A stretch of 64,000 nt of DNA. Origin: Eledone cirrhosa (lineage: Eukaryota). Both the position numbers and the translations under genes were made by a program. Each line of letters starts with the position of its first letter. The stretch's first letter is position 1. The stretch is taken from assembly GCA_964016885.1 (NCBI GenBank), contig OZ024741.1, positions 327,670,001 through 327,734,000 on the forward strand, read 5' to 3'. Positions 28,903 to 42,200 of the stretch are shown here, piece after piece. The notes beneath the pieces were generated by a model, which ran no database searches, was not told where the DNA came from, and saw nothing but the letters and a program-made list of their open reading frames with translations.

Positions 28903-29984
28903 GAGAAAATGAAAAGTGGGAAACAGAAGTGAAGATTCAAATAAAATAAAATGTGTGTGTGCTATAACCAATTTCAAGGTCAGAAAGATGTTGGATAAAG
29001 TGGTAGGAGGAACAAGATGGTAAAAGAATAAAACGAAATAAGATAATCCAATAAAATGTGTGTCTGTTATAACCATTCTTAAATAGAAGGCAATAAAGTG
29101 AAGAAAACAAAACAAATGAGAAATCAAGTAAAATAAAATGTGTGTGTGTTATAAAGATGTTGGCCAAATTAGAAAGGCTGTGTGAGAATCAATCTCTAGA
29201 CTATCCTGGTGTCTGCTCAGCCTGGGTGGATGCCTATGGCTTGAGAGGAGTTCCCAAACTGTGGTGTTGTTACTGCCCATATAGCTTGAGGGAGGTCTGG
29301 CCGAAAGGTGTCTACATGTTCTGGAGAAGTTCCTATAGCTTGAGGGGAGTTCACATCTCAGTGTGTTGCTACTGTCCATATAGATTGAGGAAGGTCCCGA
29401 CCCTGATGTGTCTGCATATCCTGAAGAAGTCGGTTCTGAGGTTTATCAAGCGGCTTCCACCTCTTAGTATCTCTAGGGTCTTGTTCAGACATAGTTTGCA
29501 TATGCCAGATCCCCCTTTATCGGGTGGTACCTTCCTGATTATGGACCAGGCCAGAGAGTACGGGGTCCTGTCAGGCTCAAGAAGAACCTAATATACGGAT
29601 GTAGGGTTAAAACCCCCAACTCCGAACACTTCTACATAGGAGCCACATCAACGAGCTTTAAAGACCGTTGGTATAACCATCGCCATTCCTTCAATAAGGA
29701 GGCCAAAAGGAAAAGTACGGCTCTTTCCGACCTGATCTGGAAGCTTAAGCTGGACAGGACTCCGTACTCTCTGGCCTGGTCCATAATCAGGAAGGTACCA
29801 CCCGATAAAGGGGGATCTGGCATATGCAAACTATGTCTGAACGAGACCCTCGAGATACTAAGAGGTGGAAACCGCCTGATAAACCTCAGAACCGACTTCT
29901 TCTGGACGTGCAGACACCTCAGGGCAGGGACCATCCTCAAGCTATATGGACAGTAGCAACACACTGAGATGTGAACTCCCCTCC

Positions 29985-31452
29985 GATAGCGGAGGAAAAT
30001 TATAAGAAGGAGGAAGGAGAGAGAAAGAGAGAGAGAGAGAAAAACATTTAAACTGAGAAATGCTGTCTCACACAGAGAAATGCCTGAAACAACGGTAGTA
30101 AAATTTATAAATAAATTAAATAAATTAAGATTTTAAATTTAAAAGTTAATGAGGTTTATGGATGATGATGCTTATGATTATAGATATAGAAATTAAGTAT
30201 ACTATTTATTTAGGGTTTAAATAGTGATGGATTTATTAAGAAGTGCAAACATTTATTTAAAAAGTATTATTAAGATAAAATAAAGTGAAATAAGATAATG
30301 TGAATGAAAATAAAGTTAGATGATTTATAAGCATAGAAGACGATATAGGGTCCTAGTTTGTTTCAATAGATTGTAATAGAAAAAGTAATTATTTAAATCA
30401 ATACAGGTATGGAAAGAGAGAAAGACGAAAAAATACGAGGAAGAAAAAACATTACGTCAAAAATTTGTTTACAAAATTCACCTAATGCTAATATTAATAA
30501 ATTTGAAGTAAAAACTTGGGAAATATAGCTACTAAAAAGTAATGTTGAGAAAAAATGATATCAAGATGAACTATTTAAAAGAAAAATGTATCACCAAGAA
30601 GAAATTTGCTATAGTGAATTAAAAGGTTCAAACAATTACAAAAAAATATTAAAAGAAATTTAAAAAATAAACAATTAGGGGACCAAAAATGTTATAGTAT
30701 GAATGAACTTTTGTAGAATGCACTGACATATGGTAGAAAAAGGGGTATATGTGTAAAAAAAAATATATTTGTGTGAGAAAAAGATTTTAATCCTAATTAT
30801 GGAGTAAGATATTAGCTGAATACTATTGAAATGACCTAAGCGATTTATGGATGCAAAGCGAAAATAAATCTGTGCGTCTATTTATTATACAATTAAAATT
30901 AAAGATAATGGTAAAATTATTTCTAATTTTAATTCCTCATTAACTTTTAAATTTAAAATCTTATTAATATATTTATGAATTTTACAACCGTTTTTTTCAG
31001 TCATTTCTGTGTGAGACAGCGTTTCTCAGTTTAAATGTTTTTATCTCTCTCTCTTTCTCTCTCCTTCCTCCTCCTTATAATCTTCCTCCGTTATCCTTTC
31101 CTTCTTTTTTTCTTTTTCCTTTCTTCCTCTTCCTTAATTTTCCCCCCATCCTTTCCTTTTTTCCAATCTCCTATATCCTTTTAAATTTAATTATCATATG
31201 TTGTTTAGACACTACCTTGCTCACAAGTGTCTTTTTTAAGCTTCATATCATGTCTCCCTAATTTATCTGATGAGAACGGAAATATCATCCCTGGATGATA
31301 TTTGTTTTTGAAATGAGCATTATAAAATACATGGAACTTTTTTAACCATCTTTTAATTTCTTCTTATATATACTCCAGTCCAATAAACTGTTGAGTGCTA
31401 CTTATCCTATATTTGCATTGCTTTATTGTGCTACAATAAAACACACCTCCTA
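29985..31452 (+). mobile_element. Decayed AT-rich PLE: inverted piece (29985-30155 vs 30935-31095), relic ORF, and pLTR with HHR at 31262-31326
   Basis: RFMDD at ~30152; tttat CTGATGA..aaatatcatcc/ggatgatattt..GAAA tgagca TT ataaa. pLTR shared with 10434-11192. Confidence 0.65.
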
Positions 31453-31488
31453 CATATATATATATGTATGTATATATATATATGTATG

Positions 31489-31580
<92 letters not shown>

Positions 31581-31614
31581 TATGTATATATATATATTCA
31601 TATTTATATATATA

Positions 31615-33190
31615 ATGTTATACTTGGGGAGGGTCATATTGTTGTAATAATATTACCAGAAATAATAACAGAACACACTCACTGTTTGGTTATTTCTCGC
31701 TTCTGCATCTTGTATATCTCCATAGTTAAATCATTCGGCAATCAATGTTTATCATTGACTGACCAACGGTTAAAAATACAGATATAAATATATATATATA
31801 GTCTAGCAAAATTCTTTCGTTGCACATCTGCAACATCATCAGTGCTACTATTATGTTTCCTCCTGTTGTATTGTATGTCTACGCCATTTTTATTTTATTT
31901 GTTTATTTATTTATTTATTTTTGTCTTCTTCTCTGCGCATGCGTTTGCGTGTGTGTATAGTGTTTGGTGTGTGTGTTCACGTTTGGGTGACCGTGTTTTG
32001 GTTATTTATCCTATCTTAGTTTATTAGTGTGTGTTTATATGTATTTCTTGTTATTGGGCATGTGTATATATTTATTTATTTATTAATTTATATTTATATT
32101 ACATCAGTATTGTTTGTTAAGTTGTTGTTATTCCATTCATTTTTTCTGTTGTGCTTTGGCTTTCTAAGCTCTATTTTGCTTGCTTCTCTGTTTTGCCTAC
32201 CTGCTGGGTCATTTCTATGTTTTGATATTATTTTAATTTGTATTTTGTCTTTGTTGCCGTCATATTGTTGTCTGGCGTGTTCGTATAGTACTGAATCGTT
32301 TTTTCGTCCTTTTAATTTCCCCAGTATTGGTCTATTCTTTCTCCTATGCTTCGAGCTGTGTCGCCTATGTATGTTGTTGTCATTGTTCTGAAAGTGCCTT
32401 CTCTACATCTTACGCTATAGACTACATTTCTAGTTTTACAGTTTATTTGGGGGTTTAATTTACATATAACACATTTTTTATTAGTAAAGTGGGTTTTCTT
32501 AAAAGGGTATGTTTTGCTGATGAGAGATTTTATGGTAGTTCGTGGCTTTTCTACCACTATAATCTTAAAGTGGGTCTTTCTCAGACAACAACATGACGGT
32601 AATATAGACAACATAGAAATTAAAATAATATCTAAACATAGAAATGACCCAGCAGGTAGGCAAATCAGAGAAGCAAGCGACATAGATCTTAGAAAGCCAA
32701 AGCTAAACAGGAAAAACGAATGGAATAACAACAACACCCAAACAAACAAAACTGACTGAAGAGAAATATAAATAAATAAATAAATATATACACAAGCACA
32801 ATAACAACAACTACATATAAACACACACTAATAAACTAAGAATAAAATACCAAAACACAGTCACCCAAACGAGAACACACACACGCAATCGCATGCGCAG
32901 AGAAGACAAACATAAATAAATAAATAAACAGATAAAATCAAAATGACGTAGTCATACAACACAACAGCAGGAAACATAATAGTACCACTGATGATGTTGC
33001 AGATGTTCAACAAGAGACCTTTGTTAGACTATATATATGTATTTATATCTGTATGTTTTACCGTTGGTCAGTCAGTGATAAACAATGATTGCCGAATGAA
33101 TTAACTGTGGAGATATAAAAGATGCAGAACCGAAAACCAACCAAACAATGAGTGTGTTCTATTATTATTTCTGGCAATATTATTACAGCA
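31615..33190. mobile_element. Third copy of the 16153 PLE family: minus copy (31615-32582) fused to plus copy (32578-33190)
   Basis: TTYIGDTARSIGERIDQ on minus; [19 protein letters not shown] on plus. HHR tagca CTGATGA gttgca/tgcaac GAAA..tgcta at 31804-31847(-), decayed one at ~32983(+). Confidence 0.88.
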
Positions 33191-33197
33191 ATAAAAA

Positions 33198-33389
33198 GGG
33201 CGGTGGATTGGCAGTATTGGTAGAGGGTCGGACGCCATGCTTTGACGCATAGAGTTATGGCCCTTGCCATTTTGAGTTCAAATCCCGCCGAGGTTAACTT
33301 TGCCTTTCATCCTTACGGGGTCGATAAAATAAAGTACCAGTAATACACTGGGTAATTGCTGGCCTTGTGCCTAAAGTAGAAACAATTAT
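33198..33389 (+). mobile_element. Short tRNA-derived SINE, full length
   Basis: A box tggcagtattgg, B box gagttcaaatcc, body gaggttaactttgcctttcatcc..gtcgataaaataaagtaccag, tail agaaacaattat. Confidence 0.9.
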
Positions 33390-33741
33390 GTATATTTATA
33401 CTGCTCAAGTAGTCTGATTTGAACAGTCTTATAACATTACAGATTTAAACAAAATTATACACCATTATAGCTGCGTATACTTGTGGATTTAAACTGGTTA
33501 GGATAAAAGTCCCTGAGACATAGGTGTCGAAATAACTTGAAAGATATAGTAAGTTAAGAATTACATGTTAGGGAAGATATAACTAGAGCTTAGAGGGAAA
33601 TCTTGAGTACACACTTTAGGATTAGAATTTACAGCACAAGTGAACAATCTCGAACAAACGAACACTATAGTCATTTTCCGGAATACATATATACATACAT
33701 ACATGTATACATACATATACATACGTACATACACCCAGCGC

Positions 33742-33816
<75 letters not shown>

Positions 33817-34158
33817 TATATATAGATATATACATCTATCTGCATACATGCACATATATATATATATGTACGTATGGATTCACCGAACATTTATAATAAT
33901 GCGCGGTGTGTTTGTAAACAAACATACCGAATTAAGCCGTACAGTGTTTAGCAACCATCGTTGCCCATTTGTTCAACACTGACATACGTATATTTAAATA
34001 ACAGCGGTACTAAGAGTGAGAAATGAAATTTCGTTTCATTTTTTCCTTTTATCGTTTACGGTACCACGGCCGATTAACTCACTCGATATGCTCAGCCGTT
34101 AATACCCATAAGGAAAGTATATACTTTCACACGTTCAATCATCTGGCAGGAAGGTATA

Positions 34159-34199
34159 CGTTGCTGACGATAGCTAATAAGCTTGAAACTAGTACAGCG
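34159..34199 (+). ncRNA. Type I hammerhead ribozyme (RzA)
   Basis: cgttg CTGACGA tagctaataagctt GAAA ctag TA cagcg; predicted cut after 34194. Confidence 0.9.
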
Positions 34200-34587
34200 T
34201 TCCTTTGTCAGTGTTGAACAAATGAGCAACGATGGTTGCTAGACACTGTACGGCTTAATTCGGGATGTTTGTTTACAAACACACCGAGCATTATAATAAG
34301 TGTTCGGTGAATCCATACGTACATATATATATGTGTGCATGTATGTATATATATATACATACTACTGTACATATGTATACATATATGTATGTACGTATAC
34401 ATACTTATATTTAAGTAACACCCGTACTAAGAGTTAGAAATGAAATTTCGTTTCATTTTTTCCTTTTACCGTTTTCGGTACCCCGGCCGATTAACTCACT
34501 CGATATGCAAATTACGCTGCTCAGCCGTTAATATGCATAAGGAAAGTATATACTTTCAGGCGTTCAATCATCTGGCAGGTAGGTATG

Positions 34588-34628
34588 CGTTGCTGACGAT
34601 AGCTAATAAGCTTGAAACTAGTACAGCG
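34588..34628 (+). ncRNA. Type I hammerhead ribozyme (RzA)
   Basis: Identical motif; predicted cut after 34623, 429 nt from the previous site. Confidence 0.9.
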
Positions 34629-34864
34629 TTCCTTTGTCAGTGTTGAACAAATGAGCAACGATGGTTGCTAGACACTGTACGGCTTAATTCGGTATGTTTG
34701 TTTACAAACACACCGATCATTATAATAAATGTTCGGTGAATCCATAAGTACATATATATATGTGTGCATGTATGTATATATATATACATACTACTGTACG
34801 TCTATATACATATATGTATGTACGTATACATACTTATATTTATATATATATATATATATATTTT

Positions 34865-34963
<99 letters not shown>

Positions 34964-35052
34964 AGGAGTTGTATTTAATTTGTTGGAATTCCGACAGATA
35001 TAAATGTTTATAACTGATATAGAGCACTCAACAAGTTACTGGAGTAAATATT

Positions 35053-35112
35053 CCAAGATAATAATAAATGGAAACTATATTTAAATATAGTTTCCATTTA
35101 TTATTATCTTGG
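35053..35112. repeat. Perfect 60-bp palindrome (pLTR fold-back)
   Basis: ccaagataataataaatggaaactatattt|aaatatagtttccatttattattatcttgg; the arm matches 47528-47545. Confidence 0.9.
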
Positions 35113-35131
35113 TATATATATATTTATTTTT

Positions 35132-35174
<43 letters not shown>

Positions 35175-35197
35175 CAGTGAGAGAGAGAGTAGGAGAG

Positions 35198-35220
35198 GGA
35201 TAGATAGATAGATAGATACC

Positions 35221-35297
<77 letters not shown>
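35198..35297. repeat. (GATA)n microsatellite
   Basis: Direct reading. Confidence 0.97.
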
Positions 35298-35298
<1 letters not shown>

Positions 35299-38200
35299 TG
35301 TTTCTTTTATTTGCCACCAGGGCATCAAAAGTGGGACAAGTACAATGGGGGAAGTTTACAAAACAAGGCGTCCTCAATAAGGAGGAGGCAATAACAATAT
35401 ATAAAAATAAAATAAAATATAACAAAAACTAAAATTTATACCAAAGTCCTCAATAGAGAGGAGGCACCTTGGGTGGTCGCACACACCCCCGAAAAAAAGT
35501 GTGCCACCCTTTTCCTCAGGAGCACAGAGAAGGGATGCTCCCTTGATCTTCCATCTTCCTCACCTATAGTCTGATGTAGAGTGAAGGCCCATTCACACGG
35601 GCCATTCTCGCCACTTTCACCCATCTTTCATAAAAACGGTTGGGGTGCAGCACCTCTCTCTCTCCATCCTGATCCTTCTTCCGAAATGATATCGGAAGAA
35701 ACGGAGCAGTTGTTGGACAGAGAGAAAGGTGTCTGAACTCAGTCCTTTCAGACGCGTCCACCATATAACCTCTTTCGCCATGGCTATTACGCACAGAAAC
35801 ACCGCCTCTTCTTCGTTTTTGAAGAGGGGAGGCGGCTTGATCGCTACAATAGACTCGGTGGTCAACCGGATCGGTCCCACCCTTGACAGCAGTTGTTCGA
35901 CATAGCCCCACAGATCGGCAATGCTCGAGCAGTGTATCAATGCGTGTGCAACGGTTTCCTCGTCGCACACGCATCTGGGACAGATCTTTTTCGAGGGGTC
36001 CCTACCCGGGCGCCCGTGTCTGTAGAGCCTTTCTCAAACGGGCAGAGCCCTTCTGTAGCATTGCCAGGCCAGGTACCTCTGGAAGTTATCCATGGGTCCC
36101 GGGCTGAATGTCCTACCGAACAGGTTGGCCAGTTCGTCTTCCTCCATGCCTAGGGCTTCTCCGAGGGCGTCGTCGCACCTGCTAACCACCAGCCCTCTAT
36201 AGAATGACGAGGTGGTTTCTCCACTGACAGCCGGATCCGCCTGCCAGAGAGCCGTGAGCGCCTGGGCACACTCGGTGTGCCAGGCGCCCAGTTTTCTCGG
36301 TCTTTGCTTGGTCAGGATTGCAGCTCGGTGAGTGAGACGAGTCTGGGAAAGGCTCGCCTCACAAACGGGGCCCACACCGGTTGACCGGAGAGGAATACCT
36401 GAATGTGCCGTAGCCTTAATGCGGGTTTACGTATCATTAGCCACGGCACCCCCAGCCCTCCTTTCGAAGGGTGTTGACAACAGATGGATCTCCTCACCAT
36501 AGGAGCCCGCTTCTTCCAAAGGAATTGGAAGAGTGCGCGCTCCATTTTGGCGAGCGTTTCCCTTGGGCAAGGCACAACGGTAAGGCGGTAGTAGATGTCG
36601 GACGCAATATAAATGTTCACAACCTTCGCCCGACCTTTCAGGTACAGTTTGCACTCGGCCCACTTCTGGGTCAGTGCAAACACCCTATTCGTTACCTCAC
36701 CCCAATTCTTCTCCACCTGGAGGTCAGGTCCGAACCAGACCCCGAGCAACTTCACCGGGCCCTCCGTCCAGCGCCCGACGACGCCATCGGAGGGCATCGA
36801 TCTGCCCCTCCCCGTGCCGAGTTGCAGACCGATCGACTTGTCCCGGTTCAGCTTAGCCCCTGTAAACCTTTCGTACTCCTCCAGTAAGGTGCCGATCGCC
36901 CCGATTTCCGAGGCCGTGGACACCATTACTGTTACGTCATCGGCGTAGGCTGACACAGCTTTCCGCAATCCCGGTTCCAACGGGATGCCCTGCAACAACT
37001 CCAACTTCCGCAGCAGTGGCTCTAGAGTCACTACATAGAGAAGGGAGGAGAGAGGGCACCCCTGTCGGATGGACGGCGCGATTTCGAACGGCTCCGAGAG
37101 GTAGCCGTTCACCTTGACCCTAGAGCAGATGCGGCTGCTGTGCATGGCCTTGATCCAGCCCCTGAAAACGAGTCCGAAGCCTGCCACCGCTAGCATCGCA
37201 TCCAGGTAACCATTGTCGACCCTATCGAATGCCTTATATTGATCCAAGTTGATCAGGGCCCCACCAAAGCCGGGTTCGTTCCCAACCCTCTCTATGATGT
37301 ATCGCATGAGGTGGAGGTTGTCGTGGATGGACCTGGACGGGATAGCACATGTCTACGCATCTCCCACCAGGTTACCCACGACAAGCGCCAACCTCTTTGC
37401 TAGCACCTTGGCCAAAATCTGTAACTCTGTATTTAGCAGAGTTATGGGCCTGAAATTATTTATATCGTCCCCCTTGTTCTCGTCCTTCCTCACTAGCGTG
37501 ACTACGCCCTTGGTCACAGCACAGGGAATTCTCCCGTTCTGTTGCTAGTTGCAGTAGACCGCCTCGAGGAAATCGGGGAACAAGTCCGGCATAGCTAGAT
37601 ATAGTTCGTATGGAAGACCATCGAGACCCGGGGATTTGCGTTTGCCGCATTGGCTCAGCACGTCTCCTATCTCAGCGGCTGAAATCGGCTCCTCGCAGGA
37701 CTTCGTCTCCCTGTCCGAGAGCCGCGGCAGGCCGTCGAGGTATGGACCGAAGTCCACATCCCCAACCGGCTCCCCGCCCCTTCCGAACAATCCGGCAATG
37801 TGCTTTTGAAAAGCCTCGCACATCTGCTTAGGTTCAAGGATCACCCGTCCATCCTGGTCTCGCAAAGACAGGATAGTGGATCTGCTCCCTCTTTTGGCTT
37901 CTGTCACGTGGGCCCAGCTAACAGCTTTGGTCCCCTCGTTTCCCAGAGCACGTATTTTGCTTCGGACGATGCAGCCTTCGTGTTTCGCGTCGAAGAACTG
38001 GCCCAGGGCCGTTCTTGACGCTAGCACTCTGGCCACGTCGCCGCTTCTAATTGCCTCTTCTACACTATCTACCAACTCCCTTTCCTTCCTATTTCTATTT
38101 GAGGCTAACTCCTTACTAAATTCTATAGAGACTACTCTAATCTCTCTTTTGGGAGATCCCCACCACTTGCTGTTGACGATGGCGCCCGTCAACCGCTCCT

Positions 38201-38945
38201 TAACTAAAGTGCTAATCCGGTCCCTGTAAGCCTTACTTGCCGGTAAGGACAAGTTGAGCTTCCAGTAACCGGGTCCCTCTCTATGAGTTCTGTCAAGGTT
38301 GACCATGCAGGTCACTAACTTGTGGTCTGAATAGCCAACCATGTGCATTTTTGGACAACTTAAAAAGTCCTTATCCTTAATTCTAACTAAGAACCTATCT
38401 AGGTACGACCTAGAAGATCCGCTACGATTTGCCCAAGTCCAGGTTGGCGCAGTCGGAAAATCTAGTCGATATCTATCGGTCAGGTCAAATCGACCGATTA
38501 ACCCTTTGAGGTTATTACACACCTCTCTATCGGGACAGGCCCCTACGTAGTCCCAGCGTGCATCTAGGATACCATTCCAGTCCCCCACTAATAGCAAGGA
38601 GCGGGTCGTCCCTAGAAAAGTCTCCAGATGATGGAAGAAGTCCGGCCGCATTGACCCGACAGGGCCGTAGGCGGCTACCAACCTAAACGCTCCGCCTTTA
38701 CCACTGCCAAGGTCCAGAAACACTAGTCGATGCTAATAGTATTTTTCGAAATTTTTCGAAAGATTAAATATTTACAACACTATTTCGCCTAAAGGCGTAG
38801 AATATTTTCAGAGACTGACCAGATCAAAGTTTGACCTGGCAGTCTCTCTACAAAATGGTACAAAAATGAAAGTTTACAGTTCACAATTTCCAGATAAATT
38901 TAAACGAAACTTACCGAGCGAGCTCAGAACATGTGTCTATCCCAG
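35298..38945 (-). mobile_element. Tx1/L1-clade LINE with disrupted ORF2; probable 5' UTR joined directly into the APE domain (ORF1 absent)
   Basis: ORFs 37545-38723 (GDWN, SYLDR, SDH, YWKLN), 36312-37307 (KAFDRV, RQGCPLS, YADD) and 35617-35970 (ETVAHALIHC). AATAAA then (TATC)n at the 3' end. Confidence 0.92.
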
Positions 38946-39209
38946 AGAGATAGATATTTAGATAGATATATTTCTTTATTAGCCACAAGGGCACAAAAGA
39001 AGGGGACAAATACAAAGGGGGAAGTTTACATACAATAAAAACGAGTAAAATGTTATCACAAATGGAATTTAAAAAGTTAGTTGATTTTCCCCAATAGAGG
39101 GAGACAGTTTATATGGGTAACACATACCCCCGAAAAAAAATGTGCAACCCTCATCTCCAGGAGTACGAAGAGCTTGTACTCCTTTCCTCTCCTCCTCCTT
39201 TTCCTCAAC

Positions 39210-42200
39210 CTACAGGCTGATATAGAGAGAAGGTCCATTCACTCGGGCCATTCTCGCCACTTTCACCCACCTTTCATAAAACTTGCTGGGGTACAGCACC
39301 TCTCTCTCCATCCTGATTCTTCTTCCAAAGTGGTATTTGAAAAAAAGAATCAGTTGTTTGCCGGAGAGAAAGGTGACTGACCTCAGCCTTTTCAACCTTG
39401 TCCACCATACAACCTCTTTCGCCATAGCTATCACACAAAGGAAAACCGCCTCTCCTTCGTTTTTGAAGGAGGGTGGCGGTTTGATCATGACAATGGACTC
39501 GGTGGTCAACCGGATTGGTCCCACCCGCGACAATAGTCGTTCTACATATCCCCACAGGTCAGTGATGCCCGGGCAGTGTATGAATGCGTGCGCGACGGTT
39601 TCTTCGTCTCGCACGCACCTCGGACAGATCTTTTTTGCAGGGTCCCTGCCCGGGCCCCCATGTCTGTAGAGCTTGTCTCGAACTGGTAGAGCTCCTCGGT
39701 AGCACTGCCAGGCCAGGGACTTTTGGAAGTTGTCCATCGGTCCCGGGCGGAAGGTCCTACCGAACAGACTGGCCAGTTCATCTTCCTCTACGCCTAGAGT
39801 TTCACCGAGCGCGTCGTCGCACTTGCTGCGGACCAACCCTCTATAGAATGACGAAGTGGAGTCTCCAATGATCGCCGGGTCCGCCTGCCAGAGGGCTGTG
39901 AGCGCCTGAGCACATTCGATGTGCCAGTCGCCCATTTTCCTCGGTCTCTGCTTGACCCAGGACTGCAGCTCGGTCAGCGAGACGTGTCGTGAGAAGGCTC
40001 GCCTCACGAACGGGGCCCACACCGGTTGTCCGGTGAGGAATACGTAGAGATGCCGCAGCCTGAGCGCGTGTTTGCGCATCGTCAGCCACGGCATCCCCAG
40101 CCCTCCGTTAGAAGGGTGTTGGCAGCAGATGGATCTTCTCACCAAAGGAGACCGCCTCTTCCAAAGGAATCGGAAGAGCGCGCGCTCCATTTTGGCGAGC
40201 GTTTTGGCTGGACAAGGCACGACGGTCAAGCGGTAGTAGATGGCGGACGCTATAAAAGTCTTCGCCACCTCCGCTCGACCTTTCAAGGATAGTTTGCACT
40301 CGGCCCACTTCTGGGTGAGTGCAAACACCTTGGCCCTCACTTCGTTCCAGTTCTTCTCCACCTGGAGGTCCGGACCAAACCAGACCCCGAGCAGCTTTAC
40401 TGGTCCTTCCGTCCAGCGTCCGACGACGCCATCGGAAGGCATCGGTCTGCCTCTCCACGATCCGAGTTGCAAACCGATGGACTTGTCCCGGTTCAGCTTC
40501 GCTCCTGTGAGACTTTCGTATTACTTTAGTAAGGTGGCGACTTCCTCGATTTGCGAGGCGCTCGACACCATTACTGTCACGTCGTCGGCGTAGGCCGACG
40601 CCGCTTTCCGCAGTCCCGGTTCCAGAGGGATGCCCTGCAATAGCTCCAGCTTCCGCAGTAGTGGCTCGACAGTCAGTACATACAGAAGGGAGGAGAGAGG
40701 GCATCCCAGTCGAATGGATCGCGTAATATGGAACGGCTCCGAGAGGTAGCCGTTCACCTTGACCCTTGAGCAGATGTTGCTGTTGTGCATTGCAGCAATC
40801 CAGCCCCTGAACACGAGTCCGAAGCCTGCCGCCTCGCGCACCGCATCCAGGTAACGATGGTCAACCCTATCGAAAGCCTTAGACTGATCCAAGTTGATCA
40901 GGGCCGCACCGAAGCCGGGTTTACACCCTACCCTCTCTATGATGTATCGCATGAGGTGGAGGTTGTCGTGTATGGACCTGGTCGGGATTGCGCATGTCTG
41001 CGCTTGTCCCACCAGGTTCTTGACGACAAGCGCCAGCCTCTTTGCCAACACCTTGGCCAAAATCTGTAACTCTGTGTTTAGCAGAGTTATGGGCCGGAAG
41101 TTGCCTATGTCATCCCCCCTATTCTCGTCATTCCTGATTAGTGTCACCACGCCCCCGGTTACAGAACTGGGAATTCTCCCGTTCTGTTGCCAGTTGCAGT
41201 AGCCCGCTTCCAGGAGACCGGAGAATAAGACCGGCATTGCTACGTAAAATTCGTAGGGTAGACCGTCGAGACCTGGAGATTTGCGTTTGCCGCATTGGCT
41301 CAGCGCGTCCCCTATCTCAGTGGCTGAAATCGGCTTTTCGCAGAACTTTGACTCGCTGTCCGAGAGTCGCGGTAAGCTGTCGAGGTATGGACCGAAATCC
41401 ATAGCCTCTCCCGGCGCGCCGCTCCCCCCGAACAGCCGAGCAAAGTGCCGCTGAAAAGCCGCACACATCTGCTTCGGCTCACGTCCAAACGTCCGTCTTG
41501 GTCCTTCAAAGACCGAATCGTGGACTTGTTGCCACTTTTTGCCTCCGTCACTCGGGCCCAGCTAACAGCTTTGGCTCCCTCGTTTCCCAGAGCACGTGTT
41601 TTGCTTCTGACAACGGAGCCCTCGTGCTTTGCGTCGAAGAACTGGTCCAAGGCCGTTCTCGTTGCTAGCACGCTGGCTACGTTGCCACTTCTAATTGCCT
41701 CTTCTACTTTATCTACCAGTTCCTTCTCGGTTCTATTTCTATCTAACGCTAATTATTTACTAAAAACTATCGAGTCTAATCTAACTGCCCTCTTGAGAGA
41801 GTACCACCATCTGTTGTTGACAATGGCCCCTGTCAAGTGCTGTTTAACTAAAGTGCTAATCCGTCTACTGTAGGCTTTGCTTGTCGGTAACGACAAGTTC
41901 AGCTTCCAGTAGCCGGGTCCTTGTCTATGGGTTCTATCAAGGTTGGCCATGCATTCAATAGTTTGTGATGTGAATAGGCAACCATGAACATTTGTGGACA
42001 GCTTAACATGTCCCTATCCTTATTTCTAACTAGAACCCTATCTAAGTACGATCTAGATGTTCCGCTACGATTACTCCACGTCCACATTGGCGCAGTCGGA
42101 AAATCTAGTCGATATCTATCGGCCAGGTCAAATCGGTCGATTAACTGTTTGAGGCTGTTACACCCCCCTTTATCGGGACATGCTCCCACATAGTCCCAAC

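Larger units (their letters stand above)
27745..29985 (-). mobile_element. PLE 3' fragment on the minus strand (27745-29575) with an inverted GIY-YIG piece on plus (29585-29985)
   Basis: Plus 29585-29956 reads NLIYGCRVK..FYIGATSTSFKDRWYNH..STALSDLIWKLK..CKLCLNE..CRH*. 29345-29575 is its reverse complement. Confidence 0.85.
33866..34840 (+). mobile_element. RzA locus 3: inverted piece (33866-33985) plus a head-to-tail dimer
   Basis: Two near-identical units (33995-34410 and 34411-34840), each with an HHR. Confidence 0.92.
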
